36,377 bases of DNA from Pseudomonadota bacterium (GCA_043825735.1 JBDRRP010000108.1:62001-98377), one strand, 5' to 3'; numbered from the stretch's first letter, positions 9,565 through 19,447 are shown. Translations and numbers: made by a program. Notes: generated by a model from the letters alone, not told the origin.

Positions 9565-11301
9565 ATGTCGACAAGTGAGATCGTAGTCGATAAGGGCAAG
9601 TCTTCATTGTCCGATTTATGGACAAAGGAAGACTACTGGGCCATCTGGCTCGGATTTTTCATCATCGCTGTGTCTATGTTTCTGTACTTCAGTTACGCGC
9701 CGTCCGCGGAGTACAAGGAAAAGATCGAAAAGGCCAATGCGGTCATGACTGCCGAAGCCGGTCGGGCACCGTTTAAAACCATTGCCTGGTACACGGCCAA
9801 GGATGCGAAGTCCAAGCTGAAGGCCTCCGGCACACCCGTGGGCAAATTCATGTCCCACTGGACCAAGCGCCCCGGTTCCTGGTCGACCAATCCGATCGAC
9901 GCGTTCGTCATGAGCAAGGAAAAGGCCGAGGCCCTGAACGAAGCGGCCAAGCCAAAGTACGCGGCGGCCAAGGAAAAGGCGGCGGCAGCATTGTCGGCAG
10001 CGTCGGCAACCGAAGCGGCCGCCGCCACCGCCGGTTTCCAGGATGGGGCCCTGAACACCACCGCCGTCGACAAGATCGACGCCTGGCGGGCTGCCCACAA
10101 GGCCGAAGGCAAGGCCAAGAGCAAGGTCAGCCACAAGGCCTTCAACTACATTCCCACGCTGGTGGGGCTGTGCATCGTCATGGCGCTCTTTTTCGCTGTC
10201 GGTATCCACTTTGTCGGCAAGGACACCAAGGGTTTTCTGGTCGGTTTCGGGGCCGTTTTTGGTGTGTCGGTGCTGGCCTATGTCATGGGCGGCCAGTCCT
10301 TTTCCAAGCAGTACGGCATCGGCGCCGAGGCATGGGGCGTTGTGATCGGCATGATCATCGCCAACACGATGGGAACGCCCAAGTGGGCCAAGCCCGCGCT
10401 GGAAGTTGAGTTTTTCATCAAGACCGGTCTCGTGCTGCTGGGTGCCGAGGTCATGTTCAACAAGATCATCGCCATCGGTCTTCCCGGCATTTTCGTCGCA
10501 TGGGTCGTTACGCCGATCGTTTTGATTTCAACGTATATGTTCGGGCAAAAAATTCTGAAAATGCCCTCGAAGACCCTGAACGTCGTGATTTCCGCCGACA
10601 TGTCGGTGTGCGGGACATCGGCGGCCATCGCAACGGCCGCCGCCTGTCGCGCCAAAAAGGAGGAATTGACCCTGTCCATCGGTCTGTCACTGGTATTTAC
10701 CGCCATCATGATGGTCGTCATGCCTGCATTCATCAAATTCGCCGGCATACCTGAGATTCTGGGCGGCGCATGGATGGGCGGCACCATCGACGCCACCGGC
10801 GCGGTCGCCGCGGCGGGCGCCTTTCTCGGCGATAAAGCCCTATACGTGGCCGCCACCATCAAGATGATCCAGAACGTACTGATCGGTGTGACCGCTTTTT
10901 GCGTGGCCGTTTACTGGTGCGCCAAAGTCGACTGCGTCGAAGGCCAGAAGGTCAGCGTTCTGGAGATCTGGCATCGTTTTCCCAAGTTCGTCCTGGGTTT
11001 CATGGCCGTCAGCATCCTGTTTTCCATCCTGGACAGCGCCATGGGCAGCGATATGGGCTACGCCATGCTCGACCATGGCGTGATCCGCGGCGGCACCCGT
11101 CTTTGCCGCGGCTGGTTCTTCGCGCTCTCCTTTGCGGCGATCGGACTGGCTACCAACTTCCGCGAGTTGGCCAAGTACTTCAAGGGCGGCAAGCCGCTGA
11201 TCCTTTATGTCTGTGGCCAGAGCTTCAACCTGGTTCTGACCCTGACCATGGCCTACATCATGTTCTACCTGGTATTCCCCGAGATCACTGCCAAGATCTG
11301 A
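9565..11301 (+). CDS. YeiH/putative sulfate exporter (PSE) family membrane protein
   Basis: EDYWAIW, FIKTGLVLLGAE, SVCGTSAAIATA, GAWMGGTIDATGAV, RFPKFVLGF; many TM helices; AGGAG RBS. Confidence 0.9.
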   Translation: MSTSEIVVDKGKSSLSDLWTKEDYWAIWLGFFIIAVSMFLYFSYAPSAEYKEKIEKANAVMTAEAGRAPFKTIAWYTAKDAKSKLKASGTPVGKFMSHWTKRPGSWSTNPIDAFVMSKEKAEALNEAAKPKYAAAKEKAAAALSAASATEAAAATAGFQDGALNTTAVDKIDAWRAAHKAEGKAKSKVSHKAFNYIPTLVGLCIVMALFFAVGIHFVGKDTKGFLVGFGAVFGVSVLAYVMGGQSFSKQYGIGAEAWGVVIGMIIANTMGTPKWAKPALEVEFFIKTGLVLLGAEVMFNKIIAIGLPGIFVAWVVTPIVLISTYMFGQKILKMPSKTLNVVISADMSVCGTSAAIATAAACRAKKEELTLSIGLSLVFTAIMMVVMPAFIKFAGIPEILGGAWMGGTIDATGAVAAAGAFLGDKALYVAATIKMIQNVLIGVTAFCVAVYWCAKVDCVEGQKVSVLEIWHRFPKFVLGFMAVSILFSILDSAMGSDMGYAMLDHGVIRGGTRLCRGWFFALSFAAIGLATNFRELAKYFKGGKPLILYVCGQSFNLVLTLTMAYIMFYLVFPEITAKI

Positions 11302-11310
11302 TAAATCAAC

Positions 11311-11344
11311 GGCATTCCGGCCCCTTTACCGGGGCCGGAATGTC
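11311..11344 (+). terminator. Stem-loop after the YeiH gene (terminator or processing hairpin)
   Basis: GGCATTCCGGCCCC-tttacc-GGGGCCGGAATGTC; no clear U-tract. Confidence 0.55.
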
Positions 11345-11377
11345 GCCGCACCTATCAGCGGGTGCAGGGAGAAATCG

Positions 11378-11638
11378 ATGATAGATGAAAAACTCAGCGT
11401 CCGTTTGTGCCGATTCGCCGTAGCTGTCTGCTGCGTTCTGTTGTTTTCAAACGTGCTGCTGCCCGCCCTGACCCGGTCCTGTGACCGGCTCGAGCGCATG
11501 GCGGCGGCCCTCGAAGACAGCGGAATCGACCCCAGTCGCTATTACTACACCGACGTGCCGGCCGTCGGGGAGGCCATCCATGCAATCGACAATTCCCTAC
11601 GCTTTGCGCCCACCGCCAAAAGGCCAACCCCTCGCTGA
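11378..11638 (+). CDS. Small hypothetical membrane-anchored protein
   Basis: 86 aa, GGGAG RBS, N-terminal hydrophobic helix, IDPSRYYYTD segment; co-oriented with the YeiH gene. Confidence 0.7.
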   Translation: MIDEKLSVRLCRFAVAVCCVLLFSNVLLPALTRSCDRLERMAAALEDSGIDPSRYYYTDVPAVGEAIHAIDNSLRFAPTAKRPTPR

Positions 11639-11644
11639 TTGTCT

Positions 11645-11725
11645 TAGTTGGTGCCCATCCATAAACGGCGTCTTTCGGTCCAGCGCGGCGTTTCTGGATG
11701 GACACTAGTTGGTGTCCGTCCATAT
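11645..11725. mobile_element. Internally deleted MITE plus an adjacent end fragment (same family as 26925-27102)
   Basis: GTGCCCATCCA...TGGATGGACAC inverted ends (11651-11705) flanked by TAGTTG on both sides, followed by GTGTCCGTCCATAT. Confidence 0.6.
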
Positions 11726-11729
11726 GGGG

Positions 11730-12326
11730 CTAATCCGCCGGGTAATACTCTGATATGACGTGGGATACCCGCTGCAGCCACCGATCGCGCTGTGCCATAG
11801 ACGAGGTGACCACAACGTTGAAAGTCTCCCGGTAGACGTTCGACACGCCGCACAGGCCAAATATGCAGCGCTTCCAGATGTTTTCTATCGGATCGCCGAA
11901 AACGGACGACTCTCGGGCGGTTGGAGTGTTGGATGTGTTGAAAACGACAGCGCTGCGGGCGGCAAGGAGGCCCCGGGGAACGCCTTCTCCGTCGTCACCG
12001 TCGATAAACTCGTAGGCCACTCCTGGCCGGATGACCCGATCCACCCATCCTTTAAGAATGGCCGGCGGCTGCCCCCACCAGTTGGGGTGGACGATGACGA
12101 TGCCATCGGCGGCGGCAATCTCCTGGCAGTGTGATGCGATGTCCGGGGGCAGGGGGGACTCCCTGGCAAACTCGATCGCCGGCAACAACGGGTCGAATTC
12201 TTCGCCATAGAGGTCGTGAAATGACACCTGGTGACCGTTTGCCATCAAAACGTCTACCGCTGTGAAGGCGATGGCATGGTTGAAGCTCTCTGGATCGGGA
12301 TGGGCGAGAATGAGGGATAAACGCAC
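11730..12326 (-). CDS. NAD(P)H-dependent oxidoreductase, flavodoxin-like (KefF/MdaB type)
   Basis: ILAHPDPESFN, DLYGEEFDP, HPNWWGQPPAILKGWVDRV. Confidence 0.92.
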   Translation of the reverse strand: MRLSLILAHPDPESFNHAIAFTAVDVLMANGHQVSFHDLYGEEFDPLLPAIEFARESPLPPDIASHCQEIAAADGIVIVHPNWWGQPPAILKGWVDRVIRPGVAYEFIDGDDGEGVPRGLLAARSAVVFNTSNTPTARESSVFGDPIENIWKRCIFGLCGVSNVYRETFNVVVTSSMAQRDRWLQRVSHVISEYYPAD

Positions 12327-12505
12327 CTGGAATCTCCTTGGACTACGTAAGTAGTTAAGTCAATTTAAAATCTTATTCGATTCTGATAAGGTGCGGTAAA
12401 TAAAACAGGGATTTGTTCGGTTTAGGCGTTCCCTGGTTGCGGGCGTTTCCCGCGATTGCGATTAATCACTCCCATTGATGGGAGACCGCTCCGGAAAGTG
12501 CCATC

Positions 12506-13438
12506 ATGGCCATGTCTGCTGAAATCAACCAGGAGATAGAAAAACGATTTCTGGAAATCGAGGCCTATCGGTCCCACAGTCTTTTCAAAGAAGCCATGAT
12601 CCGATGTAGGGACTTGGCGGCATTTATTCGAGAAAACGACAGCGTTCTCAATAAACGGAAACTGCTAACCCAACTTTCCCTGAAAGTAAAGGAAATCAAT
12701 TCCGGGGCTCAGACTTTCGATGCATTCTCGGAAACGGTGGAGATGACGCCGAAGGTGCAGAAGGTCGTCAGCCGGTTATTCACGTCGGGCAAGGGCGGAA
12801 GGGCTTCAACGGCTTTTGAAACAGCTACGGCGCTGCTGGTTTTCGGACAGCGGACGGCGGCCATGACGGCATTCAGAGCGCTGCTTGATGAAGATAACCT
12901 CCGCGTTGCAGCGGCAAAGAGTATCATTCGCTGCCATTTGGGCGATGGCCACCTCAAGCGGGCTGTCAATCAGTATATCGTCTGGTTAAAGGCGGACACG
13001 TTTCCGCCAAGCCACTTGGACAGCGTTCGCAGCTTCCTGCAGGCGGTCCTGGAAAAGAAAGGCTTTCGCAAACAACTGCCCGGACCGACCGTCGGCAAAG
13101 ATACCTTACCGGAACTGTCAATTGAAGAGGTGCCAGTCGATTATCTGTCGATTGTTTTACCGTATGCAGATAAACGCTTCCGCAAAAAGCAGATCATGCT
13201 GGACGTCAACTTCCAGCGGGGGAAAATGATCAACTGCATCGTCCTAAAATCCGAGGAGGCCTTCATCGGTTTTCTAAAGGCCGGCATGGTGTTTCCCGAC
13301 GTTCAGGTCAATGCCACCAATATGATCTCATTTTGTTCGGTCCGTCTGGCAGAGGTCAGTAAAATCAATGAGGGACGGCTCAAAGGGGATACCACCATCA
13401 CGATGGAAGTGATGGATGGCGCCAGCGCGGTATCCTAA
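12506..13438 (+). CDS. Hypothetical protein (helical N-terminal region, beta-rich C-terminal domain)
   Basis: 310-aa ORF filling the gap between convergent/divergent neighbours; no motif recognised. Confidence 0.7.
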   Translation: MAMSAEINQEIEKRFLEIEAYRSHSLFKEAMIRCRDLAAFIRENDSVLNKRKLLTQLSLKVKEINSGAQTFDAFSETVEMTPKVQKVVSRLFTSGKGGRASTAFETATALLVFGQRTAAMTAFRALLDEDNLRVAAAKSIIRCHLGDGHLKRAVNQYIVWLKADTFPPSHLDSVRSFLQAVLEKKGFRKQLPGPTVGKDTLPELSIEEVPVDYLSIVLPYADKRFRKKQIMLDVNFQRGKMINCIVLKSEEAFIGFLKAGMVFPDVQVNATNMISFCSVRLAEVSKINEGRLKGDTTITMEVMDGASAVS

Positions 13439-13463
13439 ACGCATTAAAACCAATCGCCCCAGC

Positions 13464-14168
13464 TCACCCAATCCCAAGGTGTCGATGACAGACGTTGGGG
13501 TCATCGTCCAGATCAGCGGCAGCACCCTCCCACACCACCCGTCCTTTTTCGATGATCACATGACGGTCACAGATTTGCGACAGGGAATGGATGTCCTTGT
13601 CGATGACGAGAATGGAAAGACCGCTGCCCTTGAGGCGAAGAAGGCTTTTCCAGATCTGCTCACGGATGAGCGGCGCCAAGCCTTCGGTGGCTTCATCCAG
13701 AATGAGCAGCGCCGGGTTGGTCATGAGCGCTCGTCCAATGGCGACCATCTGCTGCTCCCCGCCGGAGAGTTGGTTGCCATAGTGGCCCAGCCTGTTAGCA
13801 AGGCCGGGAAACAGCGTGAAGATATCGTCAAGGTGCCAGCGCATCGGCCCCTGAACAGTGCGGGCGGCCGTTGCCACGAGATTTTCTTTGACGGTGAGCG
13901 TGGGAAACACCTGGCGTCCTTCCGGCACCAGACCGATGCCCATGCGGGCGATTCGAAACGGTGGAAGGCCGCTCGTCTCGGTCCCGTTGAACGTGATGGA
14001 CCCGGCGGATAATCGCGTCAGCCCCATGATGGCGCGAACCGTGGTCGTTTTACCCATGCCGTTTCGCCCCATGAGCGACACCATTTCTCCGGCGCCGACA
14101 TTCAGAGACATGCCAAAGAGCACCTGGAAAGTGCCGTAGCCGGCGGATATGGATTCAACCTTAAGCAT
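13464..14168 (-). CDS. Branched-chain amino acid-type ABC transporter ATPase (LivF-like)
   Basis: GRNGMGKT, LSGGEQQM, LILDEATEGLAP; start moved to MLKVESIS (14168). Confidence 0.93.
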   Translation of the reverse strand: MLKVESISAGYGTFQVLFGMSLNVGAGEMVSLMGRNGMGKTTTVRAIMGLTRLSAGSITFNGTETSGLPPFRIARMGIGLVPEGRQVFPTLTVKENLVATAARTVQGPMRWHLDDIFTLFPGLANRLGHYGNQLSGGEQQMVAIGRALMTNPALLILDEATEGLAPLIREQIWKSLLRLKGSGLSILVIDKDIHSLSQICDRHVIIEKGRVVWEGAAADLDDDPNVCHRHLGIG

Positions 14169-14958
14169 GAGTGCTCTGTCCGGATGCAGGGTGATCGTTT
14201 CCGTTGACGCGGCACCAGTTGGCGCCCAGATAGGCTTCCCGAACTTCAGGGTGCCCCTGAATGTCGTCGGGGGTGCCGGTGACGATGCAGCGGCCGTAAA
14301 CCAGAACACTGATACGGTCGGCCAGGGAAAACACCACATCCATGTCGTGCTCCACCAGGAGCATGGCGTAACGTCCCTTGAGCCCGGCCAACAGGGTGAT
14401 CATGTCCGCAGTTTCCCGGCACCCCATTCCCGCTGTGGGCTCATCCAGCAGCAGGATGCGGGGCGTGGCGGCCAGGGCCATGCCGATGCCGATCTGGCGC
14501 TGTTCGCCGTGCGAGAGCCGCCCGACAGGGATGCGCGCCTTTCCGGCCATCCCCAGTTGCTCGAGGATCGCCATAGCCGGATCGATGAGCGATGAGATGT
14601 CGCGGGCATCCTGCCAGAATCGAAAACTGTGCCCCCGGTGGGCCTGGACGGCCAGTGCAATGTTTTCAAGCGCGGTAAAGCCGCCGAAGATATTGGTGAC
14701 CTGAAACGTGCGGGCGATACCCATGAGGGCACGGCGGTCGGTTGCGATGCGGGTGATGTCGTGGCCGTCAAAGACAATGCGCCCTTTATCCGGGGGCAAC
14801 ACCCCGGCCACCTGGTTGATGAGAGTCGTCTTGCCGGCGCCGTTGGGGCCGATCAGGGCATGGATTTCACCGACGCCCACCGAGAGGCTGACATTGTCGG
14901 TGGCCGCCACGGCGCCAAATCGTTTTTCCAAACCGATAATATCAAGAAGCATTGCCAT
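14161..14958 (-). CDS. ABC transporter ATPase (LivG-like)
   Basis: GPNGAGKT, ARTFQ, LSHGEQ, LLLDEPTAG, VREAYLG. Confidence 0.94.
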   Translation of the reverse strand: MAMLLDIIGLEKRFGAVAATDNVSLSVGVGEIHALIGPNGAGKTTLINQVAGVLPPDKGRIVFDGHDITRIATDRRALMGIARTFQVTNIFGGFTALENIALAVQAHRGHSFRFWQDARDISSLIDPAMAILEQLGMAGKARIPVGRLSHGEQRQIGIGMALAATPRILLLDEPTAGMGCRETADMITLLAGLKGRYAMLLVEHDMDVVFSLADRISVLVYGRCIVTGTPDDIQGHPEVREAYLGANWCRVNGNDHPASGQSTHA

Positions 14959-15899
14959 CAGGTTTTTTTCCTTCCCGAAACCAGTCCGTAAATACCGTTT
15001 CTGGCGTAAAGGACCATGATGATGAGCAGGGGGCCTAATAGAATCATCCAGTGTTCCGTATAGCCGGAGAGAATTTCTTCAGCCACCAGCAGACCCGCTG
15101 CCCCCAGGACCGGTCCCACCAGAGAGCCCATGCCCCCCAGGATGACCATGATGAGGATGTCGCCCGAGCGGGTCCAGTGCATGAGGGCCGGGCTGATGTA
15201 AAGCGTCTGGTTGGCGATGAGGGCACCGCAAAGCCCGGCCAGAGCGCCCGCAATGACAAAGCAGACCAGCTTGTAGCGAAACACGGGAAACCCGATGGCG
15301 CGCATGCGGGGCTCGTTTTCCCTGAGTCCCTGAATCACCGTGCCGAATCGGCTGTGTACCAGGCGGCGACAGACGAAAAGGGTCAGCAGCAGCAGGGCGA
15401 ACACCAGGTAGAAAAAGACCGTGTGATTGTGGATATCGAATGCGGCACCGAAGGTGCTGCGCCCGGACAGGGCCATGCCATCGTCGCCGCCGTAATCCTG
15501 AAGGCTCGAAAAAAAGTAATAAAGCATTTGGGAAAAGGCGAGCGTGATCATAATGAAATAGACGCCGGAGGTGCGAAGGCATACCGCGCCGATGATCATC
15601 GCGAGAATCGCGGCCCCTCCCATCGCCGCCGGCCAGGCGATCCATGCACTGGTGACGCCGTGAAAAGAGAGCAGCCCCACGGTGTAGGCGCCGGCCCCGA
15701 GAAAGGCGGCGTGCCCGAAGCTCACCATGCCTCCGTAACCAAGAATGAGGTCGAGGCTGACAGCGCAGATACCGTAAATCATAATGCGGGTGGCCAGTCG
15801 GGTGTAGTAGGTCTCGCCAGCCAGCGGCACCAGTGCCAGGACCCCCAGCAGAATGCCGACCGTAAGATACCGAAAAGGAATGGCGGGGCGCTTATCCAT
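14958..15899 (-). CDS. ABC transporter permease (LivM-like)
   Basis: GYGGMVSFGHAAF, YFIMITLAF, RENEPRMRAIG, VILGGMGS. Confidence 0.93.
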   Translation of the reverse strand: MDKRPAIPFRYLTVGILLGVLALVPLAGETYYTRLATRIMIYGICAVSLDLILGYGGMVSFGHAAFLGAGAYTVGLLSFHGVTSAWIAWPAAMGGAAILAMIIGAVCLRTSGVYFIMITLAFSQMLYYFFSSLQDYGGDDGMALSGRSTFGAAFDIHNHTVFFYLVFALLLLTLFVCRRLVHSRFGTVIQGLRENEPRMRAIGFPVFRYKLVCFVIAGALAGLCGALIANQTLYISPALMHWTRSGDILIMVILGGMGSLVGPVLGAAGLLVAEEILSGYTEHWMILLGPLLIIMVLYARNGIYGLVSGRKKT

Positions 15900-16764
15900 G
15901 GGCGGGGAAAAGTCCCTGCGGGCGCCAGAAAAGCACGCAGGCCATGAGGATGTATATGGCCATGCTTGCCAGCGCCGGCGGCAGCAGTACCCGGCCGAAC
16001 GTGTCCACCATCCCCACCAGCAACGCGGCGATGAACGCGCCGCGCACCGAGCCGATGCCGCCGATGACGATCACGACGAAGGCGAGGATGAGGATGGGCT
16101 CTCCCATGCCGACTTCCACCGAGAGAATGGGGCCGGCCATCATGCCCGCGAACCCGGCCATGCCAGCCCCGATTCCGAACAGCAGGGTAAACAGCAGACG
16201 GACGTTCACCCCCAGGGCGCCCACCATTTCACGATTGCAGGAGCCGGCGCGAACCACCATCCCCAGACGGGTGCGGGTAATCACGACGTACAGGACGATG
16301 GCGACGATCAGCCCTGCGGCAACGATGGCCAGCCGGTAGATGGGATAGGGGACGCCGGGCATGATCTGAACCGACCCTGAAAGAGCGGCCGGTATCGACA
16401 TGAAATGGGCCTGCGGTCCCCAGATGATCCGCACCAGTTCATTGAAAAACAGGATCAGTGCAAAGGTGGCCAATACCTGATCGAGATGATCCCGGTGATA
16501 GAGCCGTCTCAGGACCACCACCTCGATGAGCGCGCCAATCATCGCCACCAGGGGGATGGCCAGCACGACCGCCAGGGTAAAGGATCCGGTGGCCCTCAAC
16601 AAGGCAGCCGCGATATAGGCACCCACCATGTACAGAGCGCCATGGGCCAGGTTGATGAGGTTCATGATGCCGAAAACCAACGTCAGTCCGGCAGACATGA
16701 GAAACAGCATCACCCCGAACTGGAGGCCGTTGATGGCCTGAATGATTAGAATTTCAGCAGACAT
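15892..16764 (-). CDS. ABC transporter permease (LivH-like)
   Basis: GLTLVFGIMNLINLAHG, AFVVIVIGGIGS, RPQGLF. Confidence 0.94.
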   Translation of the reverse strand: MSAEILIIQAINGLQFGVMLFLMSAGLTLVFGIMNLINLAHGALYMVGAYIAAALLRATGSFTLAVVLAIPLVAMIGALIEVVVLRRLYHRDHLDQVLATFALILFFNELVRIIWGPQAHFMSIPAALSGSVQIMPGVPYPIYRLAIVAAGLIVAIVLYVVITRTRLGMVVRAGSCNREMVGALGVNVRLLFTLLFGIGAGMAGFAGMMAGPILSVEVGMGEPILILAFVVIVIGGIGSVRGAFIAALLVGMVDTFGRVLLPPALASMAIYILMACVLFWRPQGLFPAHG

Positions 16765-16773
16765 TGGATAACA

Positions 16774-17940
16774 CTATTTCATCGGGCACTGCCCGGCATA
16801 CGCGTCGGGGTGGTCCACGAATGCGGTAGCCACGGTTTCAGTGGTCAGCTGGTCGTCTATTTTCACCACTTTGCGGATGTAAAAGTTCTGAATGGGAAAA
16901 TGGTTGTTGTTGAACTTAAAACCGCCGCGGACCGATTTGAAATCGGCTTTCGCAAAAGCCCGGCGCACCGCATCGCGGTCTTTCAGATTGCCTCCGGTGG
17001 CAGTCAGCGCGCTGTCGATCAGCAGCGCGGCATCATATCCCTGAGCCGCAAAAAGGGAGGGCAGGCGGCCGTAGGTCGCCTTGAAGTCTTTAACGAACTT
17101 CTCGTTGACGGGGTTTTTAAGATCCGGAGACCAGAAACTGGAGTTGAGAATGCCGAGGGCCGCGTCCCCCATGGCCGGAAGAACCATCTGCGCCGTTGTA
17201 AAGGCGGTGGTGTAAAGCGGGATTTCTTCCTTGAGTCCGGCTTGGGCGTACTGCTTGACGAAGTTGATCCCCATGCCGCCGGGATAGAACACAAAGACGC
17301 CGTCGGGTTTTACCGCCCTGAGCTGGGTGAGTTCGGCTGCGTAGTCGGGCTGGTTGATTTTGGTGTAGACCTCGCCGACCACCGCGCCCTTGAAGTAGCG
17401 CTTCACGCCCTCGAGAGCGTCCTTGCCGGCCTGGTAGTTGGGGGCCATGAGGTAGAGCCGTTTTACACCGATGTCCTGGATGTATTTGCCCATGGCTTCG
17501 TGGGTCTGGTCATTTTGCCAGGACACCGTGAAAAGATCCGGCAGACACTGGGCGCCGGCCAGAGGGGAGGGGCCTGCGTTGGCGCTCACCAGGAAAAGTC
17601 CTGCATCGGTGATGGGCTTGGCGACGGCCATCATCACGTTGGAAAATACGATGCCGGTGATCATATCCACCTTGTCTTTTTCGATGAGCCGGGTGGCCAC
17701 CTGGACGCCCACGTCTGGTTTCAGCTGATCGTCGCCGACGACGATCTCCACATCCTGCCCGCCCAGTGTGCCGCCGCTGTGGGTCAGACCCAGTTTGAAT
17801 CCGTCGAGAATGTCCACCCCGAGGCTGGCTGCCGGACCGCTCATGGTGGCCATGTATCCGATTTTCAGATTGCCCGCCGTGGCCGCCGTGGCGGGCAACA
17901 GCAGAAACAGTGCAATGATGATAGAGACCGTTCGTCGCAT
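16774..17940 (-). CDS. Liv-family ABC substrate-binding protein (ligand unknown; possibly an aromatic acid or amino acid)
   Basis: Signal peptide MRRTVSIIIALFLLLPATAATA, DDQLKPD, NAGPSPLAG, APNYQAGKD; AGGAGG RBS before ATG 17940. Confidence 0.9.
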   Translation of the reverse strand: MRRTVSIIIALFLLLPATAATAGNLKIGYMATMSGPAASLGVDILDGFKLGLTHSGGTLGGQDVEIVVGDDQLKPDVGVQVATRLIEKDKVDMITGIVFSNVMMAVAKPITDAGLFLVSANAGPSPLAGAQCLPDLFTVSWQNDQTHEAMGKYIQDIGVKRLYLMAPNYQAGKDALEGVKRYFKGAVVGEVYTKINQPDYAAELTQLRAVKPDGVFVFYPGGMGINFVKQYAQAGLKEEIPLYTTAFTTAQMVLPAMGDAALGILNSSFWSPDLKNPVNEKFVKDFKATYGRLPSLFAAQGYDAALLIDSALTATGGNLKDRDAVRRAFAKADFKSVRGGFKFNNNHFPIQNFYIRKVVKIDDQLTTETVATAFVDHPDAYAGQCPMK

Positions 17941-18004
17941 AACCCTGTGCCTCCTGTGTAGATGGGAATCAGTGGTGGGTACCCTGGCGGGCACACTTAG
18001 CTCG

Positions 18005-18040
18005 GCTATACAATTGGTAAAGACAACTTGTCAAGTTGTC
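18005..18040 (-). promoter_or_regulatory. Probable sigma70 promoter and palindromic operator of the ABC operon
   Basis: Perfect inverted repeat GACAACTTG-T-CAAGTTGTC (18022-18040) containing minus-strand TTGACA; TATAGC 18 nt downstream. Confidence 0.55.
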
Positions 18041-18186
18041 CTTGCTTCATCTGGAAGCGGCGATGGGGTCAGCGACGGTGGGGTTGCCTGTTCGGCGGTG
18101 GTAACAGTGTAAGGGGGCTGGAAAGGAAGGCGGGTGCAGTGCGGGCAAACGAACGGCGCATCCTTATGGGATTGAGCGTTGAGAAT

Positions 18187-18320
18187 TTACAAAACCGAAA
18201 AAAGTGATTTGAACCGCAGAGATCGCAGAGGAACGCAGAGAATACGTTTAATAGTTAATGGGTTTTCTTTGCGTTCTCTGCGTCCTCTGTGGTGATTTCA
18301 GGTTTTTAAATTGGCCATTG
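18187..18320. mobile_element. MITE family A, copy 1 (degenerate ends)
   Basis: Aligns with 26772-26906; internal CGCAGAG/CTCTGCG arms; flanked by GAAT direct repeat. Confidence 0.8.
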
Positions 18321-18367
18321 GAATTGAAAATTGTGGTTCGCCTCGGAGATTGACCTTTGGAAATTCC

Positions 18368-19447
18368 TCAGGCGCCGAGCAATGGATAGTCGGTATAGCC
18401 CTTGGGGCCGGGCGTATAGAAGGTCGACATGTCCGGTGCGGTCACGGCGGCGCCGGCTTTCCAGCGGGCCACCAGATCGGGGTTGGCCAGAAACGGCCGT
18501 CCCACTGCGACAAGATCGCATTTTCCGGCGGCGATGTCGCTTTCGGCACGCTCGGCATCGTAGCCGCCCGATAGGATCAACGTTCTCTTATAAATCTTGC
18601 GGAACGTCTCTTTGATGGCATCGGGTACCGGCGGGGCGCCCATGGGCGAGTGATCCACAAGATGGATGTAAACCAGACCTCTGGTTTCGAGCTGCTCGGC
18701 CAGGTAGGTGTAGTCGGCCGTCATCTCGTCGTACACCGGCATATCGTTGAACACACCGAACGGCGAGAGCCGGATACCCACCCGGTCCTTACCAATGGCG
18801 CGGATCGTCGCTTCGACCACTTCCAGTACGAAACGGGCGCGGTTTTCAATCGGGCCGCCATAATTGTCAGTACGCCGGTTCGAGTTCGGACGGATGAACT
18901 GTTCGAGCAGATAGCCATTGGCGCTGTGCAGCTCGATGCCGTCAAAACCGGCCGCCACGGCGTTCTCCGCGGCCTGAACAAATTCTGCTAAGGCCGTCTT
19001 GAGATCCGCCGCGGACATCTCCTGAGGCGCCGGATGTGGCTTCATGCCTTCGGCATCGGTATACATTTCTCCGGCGGCCGCCACGGCCGACGGCGCCAGC
19101 AGGCGTGCCCCGGCGGGCAGGTTCAGCGGATGCCCGATGCGCCCGCAATGCATGAGCTGGATAAATATCCGCGCCCCCTTGGCGTGCACGGCATCGGTGA
19201 TGGGTTTCCACCCGGCGCTCTGGGCGGAGGAAAATATTCCCGGTATGCGCGGATAGCCTAAGCCATTGGGGGAGGGTGAGGTGCCTTCGGTAATGATGAG
19301 TCCCGCCGCCCCGCGCTGGGCATAGTATTCCGCCATCAGCTCGGTGGGGACATTGTCGGTGGCGCGGCAGCGCGTCATCGGCGCCATGACCAGGTGGTTT
19401 TGCAATTCCAAGGGGCCTAAACGGGTCTTCGAATAAATATTGGACAT
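18368..19447 (-). CDS. Alkene reductase, old yellow enzyme family (NemA-like)
   Basis: MAPMTR, YYAQRG, GFDGIELHSANGYLLEQF, RLSP, GRPFLANPDLV, FYTPGPKGYTDYP; GGAGG RBS before ATG 19447. Confidence 0.94.
   Translation of the reverse strand: MSNIYSKTRLGPLELQNHLVMAPMTRCRATDNVPTELMAEYYAQRGAAGLIITEGTSPSPNGLGYPRIPGIFSSAQSAGWKPITDAVHAKGARIFIQLMHCGRIGHPLNLPAGARLLAPSAVAAAGEMYTDAEGMKPHPAPQEMSAADLKTALAEFVQAAENAVAAGFDGIELHSANGYLLEQFIRPNSNRRTDNYGGPIENRARFVLEVVEATIRAIGKDRVGIRLSPFGVFNDMPVYDEMTADYTYLAEQLETRGLVYIHLVDHSPMGAPPVPDAIKETFRKIYKRTLILSGGYDAERAESDIAAGKCDLVAVGRPFLANPDLVARWKAGAAVTAPDMSTFYTPGPKGYTDYPLLGA

Noticed and set aside
12330..12505. Riboswitch (for example c-di-GMP) in this intergenic region
   Set aside because: Only small hairpins; no conserved aptamer motifs recognised.
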